Below, piece after piece: positions 1 to 10,272 of a stretch of 64,000 nucleotides of DNA (the stretch's first letter is position 1; each line of letters begins with the position of its first letter). This stretch comes from Candidatus Bathyarchaeota archaeon (GTDB lineage Archaea > Thermoproteota > Bathyarchaeia > Bathyarchaeales > Bathycorpusculaceae). The position numbers and the translations under genes were made by a program. Below the pieces are notes generated by a model. That model was not told where the DNA came from. It saw nothing but the letters and a program-made list of their open reading frames with translations, and searched no databases. The stretch lies in contig CAVYXJ010000009.1 in assembly GCA_963772455.1 (NCBI GenBank), positions 64,001 to 128,000 on the forward strand, given 5' to 3'.

Positions 1-691
1 ATGTTCTTCCAATTAGTACGTCAGTGTATAATTCTACACCCAATTCTCTTATGTAGTCTACTTCTGCTTGAACGATTTCTTTGGGCAACCTGAATTCTGG
101 GATTCCGTAAACCAAGACACCGCCGGCGACCTGAAGGGCTTCAAATATTGTTACTTTATGCCCAAGTTTTGCAAGTTCAGCTGCAACTGTTAATCCCGCT
201 GGTCCCGCACCGATAACTGCTACTCTTCTACCGGTTAAAGCAACTTTCTTGGTTTCTATAAAAGCAGTCTTAATTTTTTTTTCTCGCTCCAAATCTGCAA
301 CGAACCTCTCAAGTCTTCCAATCGAAACAGCGTCGCCCTTTTTTCCTTTGATACAGAATTTTTGGCATTGTTCTTCCTGAGGACAAACTCTTCCACAAAT
401 AGCTGGGAGACTGTTCTTTTCTTTAATCTTCTTTATGGCTTCGTCATATTTTTTTTCTTTAATCAGCTTGATAAACGTTGGAATTTCAATTCCTACAGGA
501 CATCCTTTGATGCATTGCGCGTTAGGGCAGGATAAACATCTTTGAGCTTCAGCTAACGCTTCTTCTAGATTATAACCTAAAGCTACCTCAGAAAAGCTCG
601 TGGCACGGTCTTTTGGACCAAGTTTATCCATAGGAACAGCGCAAGTCCTGTCTTGATTGACAGGTTTTTTAACTATTTGTGGTTCCCGCAT
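1..691 (-). CDS. nfnB: NfnB/SudA-type (GltD-like) flavo-Fe-S oxidoreductase large subunit, 5' part; runs off the window edge
   Basis: Manual translation from ATG at 691: MREPQIVKK...FSEVALGYNLEEALAEAQRCLSCPNAQCIKGCPVGIEIP...CGRVCPQEEQCQ...GAGPAG. It overlaps the stop of the nfnA-like gene upstream. Confidence 0.9.
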   Translation of the reverse strand, partial: MREPQIVKKPVNQDRTCAVPMDKLGPKDRATSFSEVALGYNLEEALAEAQRCLSCPNAQCIKGCPVGIEIPTFIKLIKEKKYDEAIKKIKEKNSLPAICGRVCPQEEQCQKFCIKGKKGDAVSIGRLERFVADLEREKKIKTAFIETKKVALTGRRVAVIGAGPAGLTVAAELAKLGHKVTIFEALQVAGGVLVYGIPEFRLPKEIVQAEVDYIRELGVELYTDVLIGRT

Positions 692-1593
692 TGACAACTT
701 CCTCCTCCATGATGTTCGTGGAACTCCACTGCTTGTTTCTCTTCTGAAGGATAAACTTTAAGTCTTTTAATTAACTCATCGAAGTTGGTTTGATGTGCAT
801 CAAATTCTGGACCATCGACACAAGCGAATTTTGTAACACCATTAACTGTGACTCTGCATGCACCGCACATTCCCATGCCGTCAACCATTATTGGGTTTAA
901 ACTAACGACTGTTTTGATCGCGTAGGGTCGGGTTACTTCCGAAGTGGTCTTCATCATTATTGGAGGACCTATGGCATATACGATGTTGAATTTGTATTTC
1001 TTGTCTATTAACGATTTCAGAAGGTCGCTAACGAAGCCTTTTTGTCCTTTTGATCCATCATCTGTTGAAATGTGGAGCTCGTTTGAAACCTTTTTCATTT
1101 CTTCTTCTAAGATAAGCAGTTCACGATTTCTTGCACCAATTATAGTGACGACACAGTTTCCTGCCTCTTTCAATGCCTTTGCTATGGGGTAAGCAGCTGC
1201 TGTTCCTACACCACCACATACAACTGCAGCTAAACCGTAGAATTTTATGTTACTGGGATTCCCCAACGGACCGATTAGGTTTGGAATTTGCTCTCCAACT
1301 TGGATGGCTCCGAGTTTTTTGGTTGATACCCCTACTTCTTGAAAGATAAGGGTGATTGTGCCTTCAGTTTTATTCCAATCAACCAGGGTGAGGGGTATTC
1401 TCTCTCCTTCGTTGTCCGTTCGCAAAATTACAAATTGACCTGCTTGGGCTTTTGCGGCGATTTCCGGCGCGTAAATTCTTATTTGTTTTACTTGTGGACC
1501 TAATTCACGTTTTTCTGTAAGCATATGGGAACTTATTGAAGTACCCAAGTGTTGAATTAGAGGTTCACTAATTTGCGTTTTTAACACCTTCAT
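673..1593 (-). CDS. nfnA: NfnA/SudB-type (PyrK-like) FAD/NAD-binding [2Fe-2S] small subunit
   Basis: ERIPLT, GPLG, GGVG and DGMGMCGACR...CVDGPEFD motifs; adjacent to the GltD-like gene. The true start may be near 1524. Confidence 0.9.
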   Translation of the reverse strand: MKVLKTQISEPLIQHLGTSISSHMLTEKRELGPQVKQIRIYAPEIAAKAQAGQFVILRTDNEGERIPLTLVDWNKTEGTITLIFQEVGVSTKKLGAIQVGEQIPNLIGPLGNPSNIKFYGLAAVVCGGVGTAAAYPIAKALKEAGNCVVTIIGARNRELLILEEEMKKVSNELHISTDDGSKGQKGFVSDLLKSLIDKKYKFNIVYAIGPPIMMKTTSEVTRPYAIKTVVSLNPIMVDGMGMCGACRVTVNGVTKFACVDGPEFDAHQTNFDELIKRLKVYPSEEKQAVEFHEHHGGGSCQCGNHK

Positions 1594-1861
1594 AACTATT
1601 TAACTAAATCATAACGGTGTTATACCCACCTTTAAACTTACCGAGCAAAATACAGAAAAAGACCATAAAACTCTTCATTTCGACGATCGATAATCAGCCT
1701 AAGCGTCAATGTGTGCATTGTTAGTCAAATTCCACGGATAGAATTTATCCTCTTCAGCTCACACTATCTTTTTCAATGAATTTATGAAAAACAAAAGCAA
1801 TAAGAACTCAAATCTGAATGTTCTAATGGGAGTTTAAATTATAACCCAGTCTAAAGACCAC

Positions 1862-3327
1862 GTGTATCCGAGTTTGTTTCCGAAGAAGGATATACTTCTC
1901 GTTTTTCCAGGAAAATATCGAGCACCAGAGCCACAGATTCCACTCGCCCTAATCTACACTGCGAGTTCACTTCAACGTGAAGGCCACAAAGTTCGAATCC
2001 TGGACATGCGTTTGGAAGATTTCAAAACCACGACCATTGGAAACCCATTATTTGTCGGAATAACTTGCATGAGTGGACAACAAATTCATTATGGATTAGA
2101 GTTTGCGAAAAAAGTCCGCTCGGAGAATTCCTCTTGTCCAATCGTTTGGGGAGGAGTGCATCCTACTCTTTTGCCTGAGCAGACTGCGGCAAGCAAATTC
2201 GTTGATATTGCTGTTCGTGGCGAGGGAGAAGGTGTAGTCCCAAAGCTGGCAAATAAGCTCGCTGCTGGTGAAAGATTTGCCGACGTTAGGGGTTTAACAT
2301 TCAAGAGTGAAGGATTAATCAAGAGCACAGGCGAGGCAGATCTTATAGATTTAGACGATATTCCAATCGAGTTGCCTTATGATCTTATAAAATTGGAAAA
2401 GTATCCCACACTCCAATCAGGCAGATTTCATATTCAAACTAGTAGGGGATGCCCACATCGTTGTGGATTCTGCTACAATACTGACTTCAACAAACGCAAT
2501 TGGAGAGGCAAAAGCGCTCTTCGCGTACTCGACGAAATCGAATATGTACTCCATAAATTTCCATCATGTTAAAATTATTGATCCTATAGATGACAACTTT
2601 TTTGTTGACGAACAGCGAGTTAGAGATATTTGTCAAGGCATAATCTCACGGAACATCAAAATAAAATGGCGAGCAAACTGTAGATTTGATTATCTTTCAA
2701 CCTATGATAGAGATTTTTTGAGCCTTTTAGAGAAGGCAGGATGCATGGAGCTGGATTTCGGTGGCGAAAGTGGTTCAGAACGACTCCAAGAATTCGTCTG
2801 CAAAGACGTCACTGCAGAGCAGATGTTGTATTCAGTAGGTAATCTCAGGAAATGGGCGCCTTCAATAGATCCTTATGTTTCTTGGCTCAGCGGACTCCCA
2901 AACGAAACCTACGTCGACCTGCTGAAAACTTTCGAGTTAATGGATAAAATGAAAGAGGTAAATCCACGGACACAGCATTATGGCATTTTTATGTACACAC
3001 CTTTTCCTAGCCCTATGATAGAGTCGCTCGGATCTGGATTTCAGCCTCCGCAATCTCTTGAGGAATGGGGAAATATAGAGGTTTTTCATTTCAAACCACC
3101 ATGGCACAGCAAAGCATACGTAGAGAAACTGCAGATAATATCGGCTGTTACTAGATATGCGTTTTACCCGAAATCTCGAATTGATGAGCATGGATTAGGA
3201 TTCAAATTGGGCTATGGAGTCATGAATCGAATCGCTCGGTATCGTTGGAGAGCACAGATATTTTGGTTTTCCAGTTGAGTTGAGACTTGCTAATGGTTTG
3301 GCGAGTCGACTTCGTGGTTTCCTATGA
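1862..3327 (+). CDS. Cobalamin-binding radical SAM protein; frameshifts near 2560 and 3250
   Basis: N-terminal B12-binding domain (WGGVHPT, RGEGE), TSRGCPHRCGFC CxxxCxxC motif, DDNF and GGESG in the second frame. A third frame ends HRYFGFPVELRLANGLASRLRGFL* at 3327. Confidence 0.85.
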
Positions 3328-4114
3328 TACCGTTCCTCAATTGGATAGTGTAGTCAAACACCAAAGTCTTCGGACTTAAAGAAAAAGTTATTCCAGCCCA
3401 TGAGAACCTATCTTTGACTTGCTCCCATCCACAGCACATAATCGCGCCTTCTCTTTTTCCAATAGAAAAGGAAATGTGATCTTCAAGATCGGAAAATTCT
3501 GCCACTTCTGCGTCAACTCTTGTCCATGCACCAATCTTTTTGTCTAGTAAGATTGAATTTCCGTTTCTAAATTTTCTGAAAAAAGTTGCACCTTGTTCGT
3601 TCAAAATAAGGATTTCTTGGCAACCTGTCATATCAACATCAGAGAAATCTGCACAGACTTTAATGTGGTCAGGATAACAATGATATCTAACGGTGACTTT
3701 TCCCCGCGATAAGACGTTGACGAAGTGTGTTTCTACTCCAAATGATTTCCTCAGCCTCATTATCCAATCGAAAATTGATCTCATGTTTCCACGGTTGAGA
3801 TATGCCCTTTCAAAGGTCTTGTGAAAAACTGAGTAAATTTTATTATTAATAAAAGCTCCATGTACTCGCTTTTTCGAAATCGAATCCAAAGAAAAGACCT
3901 TTGTGATTACAGTAACGTTTTCATCGTGCTCCTCAACGTAAAGATTTGCGTTTCTTGAGAAGAAAGTTGTGTCAGAGTATTTTGCAATAGGAACGCCGAA
4001 TCCTGCTCCTTCCTCGACGAGCTCTGAACCTTTAACCACCAAGACTAAGCCCTTCTGCAAAGCTGCGATTTCCAAATTTTTCGGTCTATTATCCGGGTAT
4101 ATTCTCAACTCCAC
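3290..4114 (-). CDS. Hypothetical protein (274 aa)
   Basis: Long ORF with protein-like composition; no family recognised. Confidence 0.7.
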   Translation of the reverse strand: MELRIYPDNRPKNLEIAALQKGLVLVVKGSELVEEGAGFGVPIAKYSDTTFFSRNANLYVEEHDENVTVITKVFSLDSISKKRVHGAFINNKIYSVFHKTFERAYLNRGNMRSIFDWIMRLRKSFGVETHFVNVLSRGKVTVRYHCYPDHIKVCADFSDVDMTGCQEILILNEQGATFFRKFRNGNSILLDKKIGAWTRVDAEVAEFSDLEDHISFSIGKREGAIMCCGWEQVKDRFSWAGITFSLSPKTLVFDYTIQLRNGIIGNHEVDSPNH

Positions 4115-4471
4115 AATTCCCCCTGAATTAAAGGTAAATGGTTTTACAAGGTGCCCCAGTCGGTTTAGAAACAGCGGTTCTTTTTTTTCAACTATAGGCG
4201 TTTGGTGTTTTAGCGTTAGAGTTTAACCTTCCTAATAAATTCCTTAATGGTCCACGATTATGTGAAAAGCTGATATTTCTTTGTTTGCAAAGTTTTAAAT
4301 TCTTTTCTGCTCGTTTTTTATTGAGGCAGCAAAATACATCTGAATCCTTTTAAGAATTTTCCTATCAAAATAAGAAAGATTTATTCAAAGGATGGTTTTT
4401 TTGAGGGAAACTTTACATTCTGGAAAATAAATTTACCAAAAAGACTATTCGTTCCTCTCCTCATAGTTTTA

Positions 4472-5605
4472 TTGGCCAAAATCGCAGGAAGCGTTCTTAT
4501 TGGCAATCTTTTGAACATTCAAGATTCAGGTACGTTCTGGTCAGACCCTAATAGAGCTTATAGTTGGGCTCAGGATAATGCTTTTTTTGCTAATCCAGGA
4601 ATTTTGGGAAACTGGCCTCTAACCTTCTTGGGTTGGGATAGCGCTTGGTACTTAAACATAATGACAAAAGGCTATGATTTTTCAATACAGAGCTACACTT
4701 TTTCGCCTGTTTTTCCATTTTTTGCGAAAATATTGAACTTTGTTTTGCAAAGTCCAATGATTTCCCTTGTACTGACAGCTTGTGTTTTTGGTGTTCTTTG
4801 GATTCCTCTTTACCAATTATTAGCAGAAGGCTATATCGGTAAAAAAGCCGCTTTGTTATCAACTCTTTTACTAGCGTTTTCGCCATATGTTTTCACTTTT
4901 ACAACTGTTGCTTACACTGAGGGTTCGCTATTGTTTTTTGTTTTAGGTGCCTGGCTCCTATTAAATAGGGGGAAAATATTTGGTGCAGCTGCTTTTGCAA
5001 TGATTGCACCTTTGACAAGGACTATGGGAATATTGATTGTTTTACCGATGCTTTACGTTTCACTTAAACAAAAAACTCACAGAATCCGAAACATACTGTT
5101 GAGTCTTCTACCAATAGCGTCCCTCACTATGTGGTTTGCAAGCTTGGGTATCTCTACTGGTGATTTTCTTGCACCGTTACATACATCTGAGTGGTCTTGG
5201 CTCTACTCTTTCCGAACTTTACTCACAGAAGGAATCCCACGATATGGCGTAAAAGCTTTGCTTGATGCGCCTTATCAACCATCCCCGATCGCTACCCATT
5301 GGCTTCTTCCAATTGCAGAAGTACTTTCCTTACTTTTCCCCATTTTGTTATTTTCCAGAACTTGGAAAAAAGATAAGTCATTATGGATTTATTCTTTCGC
5401 TGGATACATTGGAATATTATATTTCGGAGCGCTAGTTTCTACACCACGTTTTATTGCTGTCTTGTTTCCGCTATGGATTCCATTAACAGCTGGTTTTTCA
5501 GGAAGTAAGAAATCAATAATCATTGCAACAATTGTTGCCATTTCATTTTACATTATTGCTTTAGATCTATGGGTTAATTTTCTTAATGGACAATTCGTAG
5601 CATAG
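4472..5605 (+). CDS. GT-C membrane glycosyltransferase, PIG-V/mannosyltransferase-like
   Basis: GWDSAWYLNIMTKGY...FSPVFP and YTEGSLLF motifs typical of the Mannosyl_trans2/PIG-V family; many TM segments. The true start may be near 4392 if a poly-T indel is present. Confidence 0.8.
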   Translation: MAKIAGSVLIGNLLNIQDSGTFWSDPNRAYSWAQDNAFFANPGILGNWPLTFLGWDSAWYLNIMTKGYDFSIQSYTFSPVFPFFAKILNFVLQSPMISLVLTACVFGVLWIPLYQLLAEGYIGKKAALLSTLLLAFSPYVFTFTTVAYTEGSLLFFVLGAWLLLNRGKIFGAAAFAMIAPLTRTMGILIVLPMLYVSLKQKTHRIRNILLSLLPIASLTMWFASLGISTGDFLAPLHTSEWSWLYSFRTLLTEGIPRYGVKALLDAPYQPSPIATHWLLPIAEVLSLLFPILLFSRTWKKDKSLWIYSFAGYIGILYFGALVSTPRFIAVLFPLWIPLTAGFSGSKKSIIIATIVAISFYIIALDLWVNFLNGQFVA

Positions 5606-5758
5606 CTTTTTATCATTGATAGATCTTCGTTGGTTAATAGATTTTAGAGAGTCTGGCTAAATATCGAAAAGAATCTGGATCAAAGAATTCTTAGAAAACT
5701 CTTTTAGAAAAAGTTGATAAGAAATGAAAATAATAATCAGTAATGGAGAAAATTAGTT

Positions 5759-6949
5759 TTGGAACTTCTAAGTTATATTTGGATCTTGTGGATTTTTGGC
5801 ATGCCAATATATTTCAAATTGGCCTATGACATAATAAAATACAGAAAAAAATTAGTCAAGAAAACATTCGATCCAATCAACCCCAAAAAAATAATATTTC
5901 AAATAACTACAATCGGAAATATGAAAATTGTAAAAGATTCTGTTGAAAACATAAGACGGATATGCAAAGAAGTTCGATACGAAAATTACAAAATAAATGT
6001 AGTTTCGGAAGTAAAGGAAAGCTTCGATGGTGCAGTCACAATAACTGTTCCTCAAAACTATTCAACCGTCAACAATGCCAAATACAAAGCTAGAGCATTA
6101 CAATATGCGATAGAACAAAGAGAGGAAAATGGAGACAATACTCTTGGCACATGGATATATCATCTTGACGATGAATCAATGATTACCAGACAAGGTCTAT
6201 TATCAATTCTAGATCACGCAGATAATAATCGAGAACCAATCGCAGAAGGACTAATAACATATCCAAATAAAATGAATTCAGGCAGTAAATTGGTCAAATA
6301 TCTGGATGCTGTGAGACCAACATTTTGTTACTCTTGTTGTGCAATGTTGGAATCGCAAAAAAAACCTGATTGGTTACATGGTTCAAATCTGCTCATCAGG
6401 GCAGATATAGAAAAGAGTATTGGCTGGGATTTCCCCGATACCTGCGCAGAAGACAGTCTGTTTGGATACATTGCACATGAAAAATATGGAAAAATCTTTG
6501 GTTGGCATGGTGGAATTCTCGAAGAACAATCACCATTTACATTTTCTGATTTTATAAAGCAAAGACAAAGATGGATAAAAGGAAATATTGAAAATTTAAG
6601 CAGACTAGGACTCTGGGAAAAAGCAAAAGCAATATACAGATTGACAAGCTGGTTTCTTGGAGCAGTAAGCTTTTTCACACTTATACCTTCATTCATAATA
6701 AAACAATCATACTCAGAATTTCCATTTTTTATGTTGCTAACTCCTTTTTTTATTTTAAACACGATTATTCTTTTCGGAGTTTATCAAATAGGATTGCAAA
6801 TGAACTTTACCAAAGTTGATAAAAAACAAAGAATTTACGAACATGCCAAAATCTTTGTTTTGTCCCCATTACTTTGGTGTCTAGAAGCAATTCCAATGGT
6901 ATCATATTTCTTTAAGAGAGCCTCAAAGTTTTATGTAATTAAAAAATAA
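5759..6949 (+). CDS. GT2 glycosyltransferase, egghead/BRE-3-like (beta-1,4-mannosyltransferase-like)
   Basis: YKARALQY, WIYHLDDES, HGS, AED and EQSPFT..DFIKQRQRW motifs; N- and C-terminal TM helices. Confidence 0.8.
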   Translation: MELLSYIWILWIFGMPIYFKLAYDIIKYRKKLVKKTFDPINPKKIIFQITTIGNMKIVKDSVENIRRICKEVRYENYKINVVSEVKESFDGAVTITVPQNYSTVNNAKYKARALQYAIEQREENGDNTLGTWIYHLDDESMITRQGLLSILDHADNNREPIAEGLITYPNKMNSGSKLVKYLDAVRPTFCYSCCAMLESQKKPDWLHGSNLLIRADIEKSIGWDFPDTCAEDSLFGYIAHEKYGKIFGWHGGILEEQSPFTFSDFIKQRQRWIKGNIENLSRLGLWEKAKAIYRLTSWFLGAVSFFTLIPSFIIKQSYSEFPFFMLLTPFFILNTIILFGVYQIGLQMNFTKVDKKQRIYEHAKIFVLSPLLWCLEAIPMVSYFFKRASKFYVIKK

Positions 6950-7112
6950 ACTCAATAGTTGTGAAAAAAATCATTATGATCATTCCAATGTAGTTATTTT
7001 TCAATCCCTAATAATTTTAAATATGACGAACAACAACATAATTAATGAGACTGATTTATGAAAAAGAATCATTTTCAACTTTTTTTGATAATTTTAGGGG
7101 AGGTGAACCTTC

Positions 7113-7469
7113 TTGAGTAGAAATGGAGTAATCGCCTTCACAATTTTAGGTTTGATTATTGGATTAGTTGTAGGGTACTCTATATCATTTGCAATGCCTG
7201 CCCAGAAACCCTCTATCTCTTTGAATTCAGAGTCGGTTAAGGCGGGTGAGCAATTTACAGCTACTCTTACTGGTTTTCCAGCTAATACCGAAATTTATGG
7301 TTGGACAGTAAACGAGAATGTTTCTGTATGTTTTACCGCAGGGACTACGGATGCTAACGGCAGACTTGTAGCTTCAGCGAGTGCACCTCAAACTGTGGGA
7401 ACATTGCCTTTAGTTGCATGTGATAAATCTGAAACTATCTGGGTAGCAACAAGTTTAACAGTGACCTAA
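7113..7469 (+). CDS. Small secreted or membrane-anchored beta-sandwich protein
   Basis: N-terminal hydrophobic segment, then a Thr/Gly-rich Ig-like pattern (GFPAN, TDANG); GGAGGTGA RBS upstream. Confidence 0.75.
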   Translation: MSRNGVIAFTILGLIIGLVVGYSISFAMPAQKPSISLNSESVKAGEQFTATLTGFPANTEIYGWTVNENVSVCFTAGTTDANGRLVASASAPQTVGTLPLVACDKSETIWVATSLTVT

Positions 7470-7598
7470 GTAAAAAATCAATATTTTTATTTTTTCAAAA
7501 TCAGTCTATCTTTTTTTGCTGTCTCTTTTCTTAAATTATGTTGAGGGTGCAGTTACAAACTAAGGAAATTCAGTGATTATACTATCAAACGGAAAAAA

Positions 7599-7973
7599 TC
7601 AAGGTGTTTTTGAGATTTTTATTTCTTTGAAGGCAAAGTAAATTATTACTAAACTCCAGATCAGAGGTATTGGTATCGCAATACTTGGAAAGAATACGTA
7701 GAAGGCAAAGATTCGTTGAGTAACAGTTAGAGCTATTGCAAGAATTGGCGCCCATTTTCGCCTTCTTTTTAGGCCAATGAGCGTTATAACAAAAAAAGCT
7801 ATAGCTAAGGTTGCTTCTGAACAAGCGATTAAGGAATCTAACCGATACATGCCATTCCATATATTGACAGGTAAGGCAGCCCAGATTGCAATAGCTGTTG
7901 CATCTAAAACTATGTTTGCAGCAATTAGATAAGTAAGTATCTTATGCGAGTTTCGTTGCATAGACTTTGACAT
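7599..7973 (-). CDS. Hypothetical 4-TM membrane protein downstream of arsM
   Basis: Four hydrophobic segments; starts 28 nt after the arsM stop on the same strand. Confidence 0.7.
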   Translation of the reverse strand: MSKSMQRNSHKILTYLIAANIVLDATAIAIWAALPVNIWNGMYRLDSLIACSEATLAIAFFVITLIGLKRRRKWAPILAIALTVTQRIFAFYVFFPSIAIPIPLIWSLVIIYFAFKEIKISKTP

Positions 7974-8001
7974 TAATTATCAATCTAAATACTTTAGCAA
8001 T

Positions 8002-8829
8002 TTATTTTGTTTTGATGGCAGATACTTTAACGCTTACTATGATGTTTGCAGCCTCTATTACCTCTTCTTTTGTCATTTTCGCCATTTTTATTGCTTCCTT
8101 CAAAGTAGATTCACTTACTATGTATTCGAGCGGGTAAGTTTTTTCGTCTACAACTTTTACTTCTTGAAATCCAGCTTTGCGTATGAGTTCAAGATATCTG
8201 TCTTTAAGCTCCGCTCCAGAGATGCATCCAGCATATGCTTCCACATTTTCTCGGATAGATTCAGGCAGCTCTTTTAAGAGGACAATATCCGAAACCATTA
8301 ACCGTCCTTTCGGAGCGAGAACTCTGTAAGCTTCTTCAAAAACGCGCTTCTTGTTTGGGGCGAGGTTGATTACGCAATTTGATATTATAACGTCGACTGA
8401 ATTGTCTGCAACAGGTAAGTTTTCAATTTCTCCCAATCTGAACTCGATATTTGCGTATTTGCCTTTCTTCGCGTTAGCTCTTGCTTTTTCAAGCATTTCA
8501 GGAGTCATGTCAACGCCAATTACTTTGCCTTGCATGCCCACTTTTTTAGCTGCTAAAAAACAGTCAAAACCTGCACCTGAACCCAAATCCAGAACTCTTT
8601 CGCCCTCTTTCAAAGAAGCCAAAGCGATAGGATTACCACAACCTAAACCAAGATTGGCACCTTCTGGAACCGTACTCATCTCTTCTTGACTGTAACCTAT
8701 CATCTTGCTTACTTGTTCGTTAGTGGGAGCTGAGCAGCAGCTTACACTTGAAGCACAGCAAGAGCCATTTGTTTTAGCAACTTTTGCATAACGATTTCTA
8801 ACAAGTTTCTTAATTTTTTCTTCTTTCAT
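8002..8829 (-). CDS. arsM: Arsenite S-adenosylmethionine methyltransferase
   Basis: N-terminal CC..CC, LGLGCGNP, VLDLGSGAGFD, IISNCVINL and GCISGA motifs. Confidence 0.95.
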   Translation of the reverse strand: MKEEKIKKLVRNRYAKVAKTNGSCCASSVSCCSAPTNEQVSKMIGYSQEEMSTVPEGANLGLGCGNPIALASLKEGERVLDLGSGAGFDCFLAAKKVGMQGKVIGVDMTPEMLEKARANAKKGKYANIEFRLGEIENLPVADNSVDVIISNCVINLAPNKKRVFEEAYRVLAPKGRLMVSDIVLLKELPESIRENVEAYAGCISGAELKDRYLELIRKAGFQEVKVVDEKTYPLEYIVSESTLKEAIKMAKMTKEEVIEAANIIVSVKVSAIKTK

Positions 8830-8831
8830 AA

Positions 8832-9089
8832 TTAACTCTCCTGATCAGTTACTCCTTTGAGTAATGGACCTAGGGTTTTGGTCACTGCACCACGAAGTTT
8901 TTCTGCTTTGATCATCATAATACAGCATACTTCTCCATCTTTCTCACAGGCAACCACAGCAATTTTGTCGCTTGGCTTGAAATCTGCCTTTTCTCGCAAG
9001 TCTTTTGGGAGAACAATTTGTCCCTTAACATCGATGGTTACGATTGCATCAATTCTGCAGGAATCTCCTTTACACATCACCATTTTCAA
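8832..9089 (-). CDS. HgcC-like AbrB/MazE/SpoVT-family DNA-binding protein
   Basis: CRIDAIVTIDVKGQIVLPKDLR (AbrB swapped-hairpin motif) and EKDGEVCC; ends 2 nt before the arsM start. Confidence 0.8.
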   Translation of the reverse strand: MKMVMCKGDSCRIDAIVTIDVKGQIVLPKDLREKADFKPSDKIAVVACEKDGEVCCIMMIKAEKLRGAVTKTLGPLLKGVTDQES

Positions 9090-9127
9090 TCATCCGTTAT
9101 TGATAAATTCAATTTCGCTTTTAAATA

Positions 9128-9145
9128 TTTCTGAATAATCAGAAA
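9128..9145. promoter_or_regulatory. Palindromic operator candidate TTTCTGA-N4-TCAGAAA next to the TATA box of the hgcC-like/arsM operon
   Basis: Perfect 7-bp inverted repeat abutting a minus-strand TATTTAA at 9121-9127. Extra half-sites at about 9148 and 9305. Confidence 0.5.
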
Positions 9146-9349
9146 AATCAGACCATATTACTACATTGACTTCATTGAAAAATACGAAGTATTTCCTACC
9201 AATCAACTTAAATATTCGCCACCCTCACTCAAATAATCAAAAGTGCTGTCAAGTTATTGGACGATTGTTTGAGGTAATTTTATGAATAGTTTGTAGAATG
9301 TGACTTTCTGATAGAAAAGAAGTTTCAAAAAGCAAAAGGAGAACGAATA

Positions 9350-9749
9350 TTGAAAAAAATACTATTTGTCTGTGTTGAAAATGCAGGTAGAAGCCAAATG
9401 GCAGAGGCTTTCGCAAAAAAATATGGAAACAACAGAAGTTATAGCCTTTAGCGCTGGAAACAAACCAGCAGAAAGAGTTAATCCTATGGTTGTTGAGGTT
9501 TTGAAGGAAAAAGGCATCGATATCTCAGAGAATAAGCCAAAACTAATTACGGCAAAGATGGCAATGGACTCAGACCTGATTGTCACGATGGGTTGCAACG
9601 ACCAAGGTATTTGCCCTGGACCATTCTTTAAACCCACAATCGAATGGAACCTCGAAGACCCAAAAGGAAAGCCGATTGAGAAAGTTCGAGAAATCAGAGA
9701 CCAAATTGAACAACAAGTATTAGAGCTAATTTCCAGATTAAAGGAGTAA
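9350..9749 (+). CDS. arsC: Thioredoxin-coupled arsenate reductase (LMW-PTP fold); frameshift near 9430
   Basis: TTG at 9350 gives LKKILFVCVENAGRSQMAEAFAKKYG (P-loop), continuing in the 9366 frame with SAG, VTMGC, CP and WNLEDP. Confidence 0.9.
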
Positions 9750-9900
9750 ATCTAAAATGAAACTAAACATTCCACTAAAAATAAAATGTTAAACCCATAT
9801 TGAAAAAGTAGAAAAAACCTACAAGGAAACTCACACTAAGTTCGATAATATCGTTAAGTCGTTCAAAAATATAGAAAATGCTAGAAAAACTTTACCGCAG

Positions 9901-10272
9901 TTGACCACAGCGTCGATTGTAGCGAAGGTAATAACCTTGACAGTGAATGAGGGTCATATAAGAATTAGAGATTGGGAAGAATACAAACGATTAGTTAGTG
10001 AAAAGAAACCGCGTTCAATTACTTTTATCCTTGAACAAAACGGGCTTTCACCAAATAGGGAACTCTCATCTCTTAGAATTATAATGTTGCATGATAAACG
10101 CTATTATATGTTCCTTGATTTCACCAAAGATGGTGCATTAAGAGAAACTGGCATCCCGTTGCACAAGGACAAAAAAGGAATAATGAATTTAGATGAAGAT
10201 GAGGTCAAGGCTATTTTGAAGAAACAATTTGAAAAAGATAATGTTGAAGTTTTTTCATTTTGGACAACATAA
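9901..10272 (+). CDS. Hypothetical protein
   Basis: Protein-like ORF; the true start may be near 9937. Confidence 0.7.
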   Translation: MTTASIVAKVITLTVNEGHIRIRDWEEYKRLVSEKKPRSITFILEQNGLSPNRELSSLRIIMLHDKRYYMFLDFTKDGALRETGIPLHKDKKGIMNLDEDEVKAILKKQFEKDNVEVFSFWTT

